DNA of 64,000 bases from a virus (Duplodnaviria > Caudoviricetes): IMG/VR virus record IMGVR_UViG_3300029305_011788, positions 1-64,000 of that record; one strand, given 5' to 3'. Below are positions 56,143 to 64,000 of the stretch, one piece after another (positions within the stretch are counted from its first letter, which is position 1; every line of letters starts with the position of its first letter). The notes beneath the pieces were generated by a model. It was not told the DNA's origin. It made no database searches and was given only the letters and a program-made list of their open reading frames with translations. The translations under genes and the position numbers were made by a program.

Positions 56143-57393
56143 TTATTCCTCGTCAGGCAGTACCGAAAACTCCTGATCGGGTGCTGATGTGAGATCGACA
56201 GGCTCTCTCGGGTCGCTCTCCGGCACAAGCGCCAGCTTTCCGGGCGGCTTGGCGACATATTCACCGAGCAGCTCATTGAACTTTTTCTTGCCCATCATCT
56301 TCTCAAATTCGGTCAGTGTGATGAGTGACTGTTTGTAAAGATCGGTGTAGCCGTTCTCGACAGCGACATCGACCACCGCCTTGGTGTCTGTGAAAACACG
56401 CTTGCTTCGTCCCTCTACCACCTTATAGCCGGGAATGGGAACACCGTGGTTGATCGCTTCAGAGGAGACGAATGCAAACACCGCTTCGATCCACGAGGAT
56501 ATCCTGTTCAGCGTCGGCAGTATCTCCGCCAGTTCTGCTATAGGGATCAGACCCGGCTGCTTGAATACGGCTGTATTTGTATCCGCTTCGTAGGGTGCTG
56601 TCATATCGCTTTCCTCTGCGGTTTCATCAAAAGCCCCGGCATCAAGATCAAGGAAATCCTCACGGCAGAGCGCCAGCGCTTCATCGGCACACGCCTTGCA
56701 GACCGGCTTTGCACGGCAGAAGCGGCACCAGTCACCGGGATGCTGTTCGCCTTTGCCCTCGAAAGCAAGCAGTGCGGTCGGTTTGATGCTCTCGCCCCAG
56801 TCCTCAAGCTCCTGACGGGAGCATTCAAACGTGCTGATATTGTCAAGACGAGGCTGGATGATGCTCATACGAACGATCTCGATATCATACAAAAAGCCAT
56901 AGGCGGCTAAACCTCCGAGTGCATACAGCATCATCTGGCTGTTGTGGTCTGCGTCCACAAACACGCCTTTGCCCGTCTTGAAGTCGCACACATGAAGCAG
57001 ACCTCTGCCATCAGCATCCTTGCCGATGATAAGCATATCTGCGGTGCCGAATCCGGAAGGGGCAATGTGGCTGTAATCCACACGCTCCTCCACAAAGGCA
57101 AGCGGTTCACAGCCATTTTCCCGCATCTGCTCGATGATGGAAATGACGAATTCAGCATACACGTCGGTGATCTGCTCAATTTCCTCAGTGTCGAACTCCT
57201 CGGACTGCGGTCGCTTCACACGCTCATGCAGATACTTTCGGACCTTGTACTCACAGATCTCATGGGCGAAAGTGCCTTCCTCGGCATAGACGGAGCTTTC
57301 GTTCGGGAAGTTCTCCTGCAGGCGAACGGAAGGCGGACAGTGCAGCCACTGCTTGGAACTGGATGCGCTCAGAAGCGCGTGTACATCCGGCAT
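56143..57393 (-). CDS. DUF2800-like Cas4-type PD-(D/E)XK nuclease
   Basis: HALLSASS..WL.CPPS, FGTAD, DFKTGKG, CRFCRAKPVC. Confidence 0.85.
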   Translation of the reverse strand: MPDVHALLSASSSKQWLHCPPSVRLQENFPNESSVYAEEGTFAHEICEYKVRKYLHERVKRPQSEEFDTEEIEQITDVYAEFVISIIEQMRENGCEPLAFVEERVDYSHIAPSGFGTADMLIIGKDADGRGLLHVCDFKTGKGVFVDADHNSQMMLYALGGLAAYGFLYDIEIVRMSIIQPRLDNISTFECSRQELEDWGESIKPTALLAFEGKGEQHPGDWCRFCRAKPVCKACADEALALCREDFLDLDAGAFDETAEESDMTAPYEADTNTAVFKQPGLIPIAELAEILPTLNRISSWIEAVFAFVSSEAINHGVPIPGYKVVEGRSKRVFTDTKAVVDVAVENGYTDLYKQSLITLTEFEKMMGKKKFNELLGEYVAKPPGKLALVPESDPREPVDLTSAPDQEFSVLPDEE

Positions 57394-57407
57394 CCAATCA
57401 CCTCCGG

Positions 57408-57896
57408 TCAGAGCTGGGACACATCGGTGAGAAATGCCTCGTACTTGTCCTGCGGAATATCGCTGACCTTCGCTGCACCATACGATTTCAACAGGGCGAG
57501 AACCTTGTCCTTGTTGGCTCTGTTCTGCTTGATCTTGCCGGTCACAACCTTAATAAGGTCATCGGCGGTCAGCTCCGATGCAGGCTCCTGTTTCTTTGCA
57601 GGGGCTTTCTTTTTCGGCTGCTCCTTCGGCTTTTCCTCCGGTTCAGTGTCCCACGGCAGATCATCTGCCGAAATGATCTCCTCAAAATCGTCAATGTTCA
57701 GGTTCTGCGGAGCCGTGTCCGCCGCAGGCTTCGGTACGCCATTGATTGCCATGTCTGCAAGCTGCTGCGCCATGCTCGGCTCCATTGAATTCAGAAGCTG
57801 GATAACACCGCCAAAGATCGTACCGAGCCCGTCGATCAGCTTCTTTGCGTCCACCGGGATCGGCTCCGGCAGCTTGTTCTTCTCAGTCTCCGTCAT
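57408..57896 (-). CDS. Hypothetical 162 aa
   Basis: In the early operon; C-terminal V.ALLKSYGA.KVSDI. Confidence 0.7.
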   Translation of the reverse strand: MTETEKNKLPEPIPVDAKKLIDGLGTIFGGVIQLLNSMEPSMAQQLADMAINGVPKPAADTAPQNLNIDDFEEIISADDLPWDTEPEEKPKEQPKKKAPAKKQEPASELTADDLIKVVTGKIKQNRANKDKVLALLKSYGAAKVSDIPQDKYEAFLTDVSQL

Positions 57897-58245
57897 AGAT
57901 CAGTCCCTCCTCGTCATCATCATCATCATTTTCAGGCATCTTCCCGCTGACACCGCTGTCGCTGCGGAGCTTCTTTCTGAAATCGTCCGGGTAGCGGATC
58001 TCGAAGAAAACGCCCTCATCATCGATTTTCAGGCGGAACACACCGACATCCAGTTCCATGTTCGGGAGCATAGCCGATGCCATCGACATGAAACGGAACA
58101 TATCCGTTGCGGTCTGTGCGATGTCTCCGGCACGCTTGTCCATTGCCGTTTCAAGCAGCTTCAGGGCATCCGGTTTACCTGCGGACTTGCCGGGATCGGG
58201 GGCGGCGGCGCCGTTGTAGCGGTTCTTCGGGGTTCTGTTTTCCAT
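57883..58245 (-). CDS. Hypothetical 120 aa
   Basis: GAAAGGA RBS before MENRT. Confidence 0.65.
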   Translation of the reverse strand: MENRTPKNRYNGAAAPDPGKSAGKPDALKLLETAMDKRAGDIAQTATDMFRFMSMASAMLPNMELDVGVFRLKIDDEGVFFEIRYPDDFRKKLRSDSGVSGKMPENDDDDDEEGLIYDGD

Positions 58246-58345
58246 AGGCTTTTCCTTTCTGTGCGACCTTGCGGCCAATGTATTATCGTGAGGAGCATCA
58301 TGGCCTCTCATATACTGTCGTGGGAGCGTTTATTTTGGTAGTATC

Positions 58346-59050
58346 TCAGAAAAATTTTTTTGCTTTTTTAAGAGCTCCTTCCAATCTGAAGCCGACTGCT
58401 CTGTGGTTGATGCCCAGCACAGCAGCAATTTCCTCCAAAGTCATGCAGTCTCTGTAATACATAATAAATGCTTCACGTTGCTTGTCTGTCATGTCTGCAA
58501 GCATCTCTTCGCGTGTCTCTCTGCGCTCCACAGCATCCTGCGGATTCTCACCCATGCGTCCGTCATACCAGTTGAAGGCTCTGCGATAGGGATCTGCCAA
58601 AGCCTGCTCCGCATCGCCGTCCTTATCTCCGTTGTCTGCACTGTCATAGTCAGTGGTGTCTCTGCGGCTGCCGGTACGATTCATGCTGTTTGCCTCGATG
58701 CGGTGGTCACCGATCAGAGTAACTGCAAGGATCCAGGGCTGCGCGGCGAGAAAGCCGTCCGGCAGTTCATAGGACTCTCTGAAGGTGTCCTTTTCTGAAT
58801 CTCTCAGTTTGGTAAAGTAGAATGTGAAGTTCTTGCAGTACGGCAGCCACACAACGGTACGCCCGGTGATGTTCTGGTAGATCGCAAAACCGTTGCTGAA
58901 CAGTGTGCAGTCATTTGTTTCTGCTATCGGGTCGCCGGCGGTCTCAAACAGCTCTCTTGGTGTAGGTGTCTTTCCGGACTTCTCTGCAAGGTTCAGGAGT
59001 GTGAGCAGTTCGCCAAGGGTGGTCTTTTCTGTAATCGTGATTGTTTCCAT
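58346..59050 (-). CDS. Protein with C-terminal sigma-70 region-4 HTH
   Basis: MTDKQREAFIMYYRDCMTLEEIAAVLGINHRAV.FRL..ALKK. Confidence 0.75.
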   Translation of the reverse strand: METITITEKTTLGELLTLLNLAEKSGKTPTPRELFETAGDPIAETNDCTLFSNGFAIYQNITGRTVVWLPYCKNFTFYFTKLRDSEKDTFRESYELPDGFLAAQPWILAVTLIGDHRIEANSMNRTGSRRDTTDYDSADNGDKDGDAEQALADPYRRAFNWYDGRMGENPQDAVERRETREEMLADMTDKQREAFIMYYRDCMTLEEIAAVLGINHRAVGFRLEGALKKAKKFF

Positions 59051-59852
59051 AATCGTTCCTTTCTGCAAGGAACGCACCAAGCGGCAGATGCTCTTACTGC
59101 GAAAAGGGCACGCAGGCAGACAATGTCCACACGGAAATTCGTTCATGATACCTGTTCCGGTCAATACTGACCGCAGGCATTGTTTTCCGTTATGAGCATC
59201 TGTCCGCCAGTGCGCGCCCTGACTAACAAATGTATTATTACTTCTTGATAATGGTGGCATAAAAACAGCCGGCTGCATACGAGTTGGATGCAGATACAGC
59301 TATACCCGTGCTTATGGTTATAGTTCGAGCCTGTGACCACAAGATATAGTTCTGTATGAACATCCATCCGCCGTATGCATCCGGCAAAGAGTGTTATTTT
59401 GAGTAAGGCGATCATTCGGCAACCCATGAAAAAGTTGCACAAATCCACATTTCAGGTCTTGACATTTAGATAAACGGTGTTCTGAGCGTTTTCTCTCAAG
59501 CTGAAACGATTCTCTGAAAATATCGTATCTATGCCAATTTTAGCAATATCCTTACTCTTGTTTGTCCGGGAGGTTGTCCCCCTTACAAGTATTAGTTTAT
59601 CATATTTTTTCGGGCTTGTAAGCCAACCGGAGGGGTTGCCGAATGTTTTGGCTATTTTACGTGCTTTTTGTAAAACGGCGAAAACTGTCCGCCCGTAGCG
59701 GACAAATTATCTAAGAAAACGCCGATTCTACGTTTGCATAAAACCAATTGTATTTTTATTCTGACAACCAAATGATTGCCGAAATGCGATGAAAAATTTT
59801 TTGATTCGTCATTTTGCACAATAGCAAGAGCTATCCATATATCTGAAAAGAG

Positions 59853-59890
59853 CATAAAAAAAGACCAGCGGTAACAACCGCCGGTCTGGG
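59853..59890 (-). terminator. Intrinsic terminator after the 840-aa ORF
   Basis: AGACCGGCGG-TTGTTA-CCGCTGGTCT followed by TTTTTT. Confidence 0.75.
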
Positions 59891-59903
59891 CAATGTGATT
59901 ATC

Positions 59904-62363
59904 CTATTTTTCGTCTGCAATACCGTACTTTCTTCTCAGTTCTTCCTGTGTCATCGGATCAAAATCCAGAAGGTCAAATTCAAACTGTCTGCCGTCATTC
60001 AGCTTTTTATAGTTTTGAGCCACCAGAATGTCGTTGCCTCGCTCAACAGTCATATTTCGGTCACACAGCAGATGCAGATATATCGGATCAGGACCATAGC
60101 AGCCTAAACGAAGAGTCGCAAGTTCGATCATCTTCAGACTTACTCCCATATCCAACCGCAAAGCGATACAGATACCAACAACATGACGTTTCAGCATTAA
60201 ATCCCTTTTCAGCCATTTCTGGAAAGCCTGTCGGGACACGCCCATACGGGAGGCAAGTGTTGTCTGAGACACTCCTATTTCATCCAACACCATCTGCAAG
60301 GCATCATGGAAAGTTCCGTGAAGTGAGCCTGCCAACTCGCCCCAAAGCTGTGCATTATCCGAAAAACTCATGTTTTCTGAATCATAGTCTGCATCGCCGG
60401 GTTCACTTACAAGTTCAACCGTCTTGTACTTATCATTGCCTTCTTTCTTTGTGCGGGCTGCCGCACCACAGGAGTACTCATAATACTTTCTCCTGCGCCG
60501 GGGTCTGAATGCCAGACAGCACTCCTCAATATGCTCATGTGCGTAAGGAGTAAGGCTCAATGTACCGTCTGATGCTGTTTCGACATATTTTGGCCTGTTC
60601 AGAACATAGTGTCCCTCAAGATAGATGTACTTTCCACTGAGAAGCACCTGTGCGAATCTCTGTGAGCTGCCGGTCAGCGCAATCGCATCCGGTGTATCTA
60701 TCGTGTACACAATACCGCTGCTCCATACGCCGCTGACTGCGTGATCCGGTACACGAATTCTGTTGCCGATGAAGTTCCAGATGCCTTCTGCCTGCGGGAT
60801 ACCAACTTCTTTCATGTGTATTTTGGTCATCTGCATGGAGGCGCCAAATGTAGCTGAAAGGTTTTCCAGCATCCACATCAGTGCAGGCGGTGTTCTGTCA
60901 TTGCCAGTCATTGCAAACATACGGTCGCACTCACTGCGGAAAACGCCTTCTTCCATCATAACATAGGCGGTCAACTTCTCATCCTGTTTCTCCATTTCCT
61001 CTATCAGTTCCATCTGATAGTCGCTGCCCTGACGCTTCCTTTCGCTTTTCAGCCATCTGCTTGTTCTGTCTATGAAGCTGTAGTGCGGTTTTCCTGCCAT
61101 AAGCTGCAGCATGAAAAACGGCAGGTCAATATAAACATGAACACATTCATGAACGATCGTTACAAGAACGTCCGTATCAAATCTCATCTCGTCCAGATTT
61201 ACAACAATGTCTCCGGCTTTGAACTTGATCGGCTCTCCGTCTCCATCCAGCACTTCCATATCCGAAAAGATGATCCGTCCCTTTACACCGTCACCCTTGC
61301 CAAGATGCTCTTTACGGAGGCGCAGCTTCATGCGACTGTACCGTTTTTTCAGCCATCTGCTCAGTCTTTTTACGAGCAGCTCTCCGTCAAGTCTGGTAGG
61401 GGTTTCCAAAGCCTCCGGGTAAATATCCTGCAGCATTTTTCTCGCAAGGATCGGGAAATCCTTTGCTGTCAGGTTCGGTCTGAGTATCCGGTTGGTCGTC
61501 CATTCCCTCTGTGCTGTAATGCGGTCTTCCGGAAAATACTGTACGGGTGCCGTAATCGGACCGCTGCAGGTCTTATAGCCATTCACACCATAGAGGTCAA
61601 AAGTGTAACGAAACCGATAATCGATAGTCCTGCGAGTATCCCGATACACGAGCATTGTTTTGTCACCGCAGTAATGCTCCGCAGGGACTTTGAGCATAAA
61701 ATCAGCACTGACGATCACATCAACCTTGAAGTCATCAAGCCGCTGTTCCCATGAGCTTTCCACACGCTTCACATAGCCCCCCTCAAATTCAACGGAAAGA
61801 GCGTCCGTCATACCGAGAGCCTCTGTAATATCCGTGGGGCAAGTCTGTGCCAGGAAACGCAGTGCTTCCCCGAAATCCTCATGGAGATTGTTCTGAAGCA
61901 CGTCCAAAACTGTATGCACTTTCTCAGCACTATCCTCATCAATATTGATATCCGGTGTGGCTGTCGGCATCATTACAAGCGAACTTCTGCCGTTCATTTC
62001 CAGAACAGTAGAGGCATAACCTTCGCTGTATCCGTGGTTCAATCCTCTGTCGGACGAACTGAAAAGACTGGCAATGCCGATGCAGTCATGCAGCGCACAA
62101 AAGCGTTCCAGCTCAGCAAGCTCGAACGGTGTGCAGGTGCGCCGATAGTATGCTGCTTCCTCCTTCGAGACAAAGGCACCAGCCCCCAGTCTTGCGCGGA
62201 TATTGGCTCTGTCTCTGGAAGGTTTGAATCCTGTAGTCCTTTTGCATCTTCTCGCTTTCTTTGCTTTTTCCTCCTGTTCAATGATATCCAGGATATCGGG
62301 GTACTGGTAAGTATCCTGAATCCAGTCCGGTGTACTGCCAAAGTTATAGTATTTCGATCTCAT
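59904..62363 (-). CDS. Large ImmA/IrrE-like HExxH metallopeptidase with C-terminal XRE HTH
   Basis: TIVHECVH; GVSQTTLASRMGVSRQAFQKW; start set at MRSKYY after a GGGGAAAG RBS. Confidence 0.6.
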   Translation of the reverse strand: MRSKYYNFGSTPDWIQDTYQYPDILDIIEQEEKAKKARRCKRTTGFKPSRDRANIRARLGAGAFVSKEEAAYYRRTCTPFELAELERFCALHDCIGIASLFSSSDRGLNHGYSEGYASTVLEMNGRSSLVMMPTATPDINIDEDSAEKVHTVLDVLQNNLHEDFGEALRFLAQTCPTDITEALGMTDALSVEFEGGYVKRVESSWEQRLDDFKVDVIVSADFMLKVPAEHYCGDKTMLVYRDTRRTIDYRFRYTFDLYGVNGYKTCSGPITAPVQYFPEDRITAQREWTTNRILRPNLTAKDFPILARKMLQDIYPEALETPTRLDGELLVKRLSRWLKKRYSRMKLRLRKEHLGKGDGVKGRIIFSDMEVLDGDGEPIKFKAGDIVVNLDEMRFDTDVLVTIVHECVHVYIDLPFFMLQLMAGKPHYSFIDRTSRWLKSERKRQGSDYQMELIEEMEKQDEKLTAYVMMEEGVFRSECDRMFAMTGNDRTPPALMWMLENLSATFGASMQMTKIHMKEVGIPQAEGIWNFIGNRIRVPDHAVSGVWSSGIVYTIDTPDAIALTGSSQRFAQVLLSGKYIYLEGHYVLNRPKYVETASDGTLSLTPYAHEHIEECCLAFRPRRRRKYYEYSCGAAARTKKEGNDKYKTVELVSEPGDADYDSENMSFSDNAQLWGELAGSLHGTFHDALQMVLDEIGVSQTTLASRMGVSRQAFQKWLKRDLMLKRHVVGICIALRLDMGVSLKMIELATLRLGCYGPDPIYLHLLCDRNMTVERGNDILVAQNYKKLNDGRQFEFDLLDFDPMTQEELRRKYGIADEK

Positions 62364-62582
62364 GTCTTTCCCCCTGTTTACTGTTATAGTCCTGTGTCTC
62401 CTGATATGCTCTCTTGTTCTCTTCACATCTGTAGTTTCAACAGCAGTAAATACCTTTTGGCGAAGGCGGGGTCACAACCATAGAACAGAAACAGTATGCG
62501 GTGATTGTTCATATGTCATATAAGCCTGACAAAGCTTCCGCGCCGAATCGTTCATATGTTCGTTTTTGTCTGCGTGTTTCCC

Positions 62583-62674
62583 ATTATACACCATCAGGAA
62601 CTTCTTGTCAATAGCTTTTGCAAAGAATTTCTTTTCTTTTTTCTATTGACAGAAAAGCTATTGTATGCTATAAT
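62583..62674. promoter_or_regulatory. Back-to-back consensus sigma-A promoters with an 11-bp inverted-repeat operator candidate
   Basis: Minus TTGACA-17-TATAAT at 62611-62583; plus TTGACA-17-TATAAT at 62646-62674; CAATAGCTTTT (62609-62619) and AAAAGCTATTG (62653-62663). Confidence 0.75.
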
Positions 62675-62799
62675 GTATTCAACAAGTGTTCTGAATACAG
62701 GCAAAGTGTATCAGGACGATGCTGCGAAGCGGTCGCTGCAGCTTTTGGCATAGCACCGCTGTGCATTTTTGAGTCATAATTGGAACGGAGGATGTTGTT

Positions 62800-63789
62800 A
62801 TGAGTACCGATGATAAGCAACTCAGGAAAACAACAAGTAAAACAAAACGAACCGGAGGAGAGGAAACGGCACCTAAGAAACCGGTCGAACCCAAGGCTGC
62901 CAATGCAGCTCTGACTACTGATGCACAGCTTCACTTGGCAGATTCCGGCATAAAAGCACCATCTGCCAGCAGCGTAGACGAAACTGTGAAGTTCGGAGCT
63001 GCTATAAAGGCCTTCAGAGCCAAAGCAGGCTTTTCACAAGCTGAACTTGCTGAGATCGTTCATGTCAGCCGAAACACGGTAGTGAAATGGGAAAATGATG
63101 GGTACAAGCCGGATCACGATACGATCATCGAGTTATGCAAGATTCTGGGTATGTCTCTGGATGAGTTGTACGGCATCGCCACAGCCTCAGTTTCTCAGCA
63201 GGAACTTCGGATGATCCGTGAATTTCGCCGCATCAGTCCGGTCGGACAGAAGGTCATCGAGAAAATGATCTATCATATGCTTGATGAGGAACTGAAAGCG
63301 AAGGATGAGCTGATGAAAGCGTCCTTTGAACTTTTCGAGACACCGTACACGAAAGCAGCGGCGGGATCGGGTACACCATATTCCGATGAGGAACTGACAT
63401 ACTGCTTTATGAGGAAAACCGACAGAAACCGTGCGGCTGATGCAGTGGTCGGTGTTGTCGGTGACAGTATGCTGCCCGTCTATCACGATGGTGACAGCGT
63501 TTACATAGAATACTGCGATGATGCCTATCCGGGTGAGGATGTGGTCTGCAACACACCGGACGGACTGATCATCAAGAGGCTTTCTGCCGACCACAAGCTG
63601 TTTTCTGTCAATCCGAAGATCCCATACACCAAGAAGGATGACAGCTATAAGATTCAGATCGTTGGCAGAGTGCTTGGAATTGCAGAAACATCCGATTTCC
63701 CGGCTGAGGGCGAAGATAAGATACTTGAAATGCTGTTTGCCAGAGAAATTCGCCTGTTCAAGCAGGAACACAGAATATATGAGGACTGA
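62800..63789 (+). CDS. CI/LexA-like repressor (XRE HTH + S24 peptidase)
   Basis: [21 protein letters not shown]; AAAG cleavage site, GDSM (Ser) and IIKRL (Lys). Confidence 0.88.
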   Translation: MSTDDKQLRKTTSKTKRTGGEETAPKKPVEPKAANAALTTDAQLHLADSGIKAPSASSVDETVKFGAAIKAFRAKAGFSQAELAEIVHVSRNTVVKWENDGYKPDHDTIIELCKILGMSLDELYGIATASVSQQELRMIREFRRISPVGQKVIEKMIYHMLDEELKAKDELMKASFELFETPYTKAAAGSGTPYSDEELTYCFMRKTDRNRAADAVVGVVGDSMLPVYHDGDSVYIEYCDDAYPGEDVVCNTPDGLIIKRLSADHKLFSVNPKIPYTKKDDSYKIQIVGRVLGIAETSDFPAEGEDKILEMLFAREIRLFKQEHRIYED

Positions 63790-63795
63790 TAACGA

Positions 63796-64000
63796 ATGGC
63801 AAAACTGATATTTCGATACGGTGCGATGGGCAGCTCCAAGACCGCCAATGCGCTGATGGTACGGTATAACTATGTGGAGAAAGGCAAGAAGGTCGTTCTG
63901 CTGAAGCCGAGATGCGAGGACAGGGATGGCGCAAAAGCGATCAAGTCCCGTATCGGCTTGGAGGAACCCTGCGAGTTTGCGGAGGACTTCCTTGCAGACT
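63796..64000 (+). CDS. tdk: Thymidine kinase (partial, runs off the window)
   Basis: MAKLIFRYGAMGSSKTANALMVRYNY...KP..EDR...IKSRIGL; missing from the ORF track because there is no stop. Confidence 0.85.
   Translation, partial: MAKLIFRYGAMGSSKTANALMVRYNYVEKGKKVVLLKPRCEDRDGAKAIKSRIGLEEPCEFAEDFLAD

Larger units (their letters stand above)
1..59300 (-). mobile_element. Temperate siphovirus prophage (HK97-type head, long non-contractile tail); continues beyond the left edge
   Basis: Co-oriented replication, packaging, head, tail and lysis genes in canonical order. att sites and integrase are not in the window. The right boundary is uncertain (59.3-64 kb may or may not belong). Confidence 0.95.

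Noticed and set aside
56143-57393. CRISPR Cas4
   Set aside because: It is a Cas4-like fold in the standard nuclease-SSB-PolA phage module, with no CRISPR context.
59161-59448. 95-aa ORF upstream of the sigma-like gene
   Set aside because: No RBS and atypical composition; more likely leader sequence.
38-63848. The many long plus-strand ORFs overlapping phage genes (e.g. 1671-2678, 16117-17430, 42272-43426, 56944-58341)
   Set aside because: They are antisense shadows of GC-rich coding genes, with no RBS and no protein motifs.
1-64000. tRNA/rRNA genes, integrase, att sites, IS elements
   Set aside because: None were recognised by eye; tRNAscan-SE and a repeat search including the flanks would be needed to exclude them.

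Overview
Almost the whole window (~1-59.3 kb) is one temperate HK97-fold siphovirus prophage on the minus strand. A Clostridia/Ruminococcus-like host is inferred from gene content and sigma-A signals. In transcription order (right to left): sigma-like regulator; PolA replication module (nuclease, SSB, PolA, DUF932-like, VRR-NUC, SNF2 helicase, MazF-like, primase-helicase); metK; HNH with a probable cos; nrdD/nrdG; four DNA methyltransferases plus a PAPS-reductase-family gene; a ~10 kb array of small genes; terS/terL (terL with a class 3 intein); head, tail, holin and endolysin. The right end holds a divergent ImmA-like peptidase-HTH / CI-like repressor pair and a partial tdk. The most unusual structure is the 23.3-33.3 kb array. 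Eleven units share a layout: an optional ~90-nt GC-rich hairpin, a TGTACA-type box pair, a sigma-A promoter with exact 17-bp spacing, a conserved leader and RBS, then 1-3 short ORFs. The promoters are mosaics of one another. A twelfth copy lies inverted 7 kb away, overlapping the 3' end of nrdG. No integrase, RT, CRISPR array or tRNA was seen. All family names come from reading motifs by eye, not from database searches.
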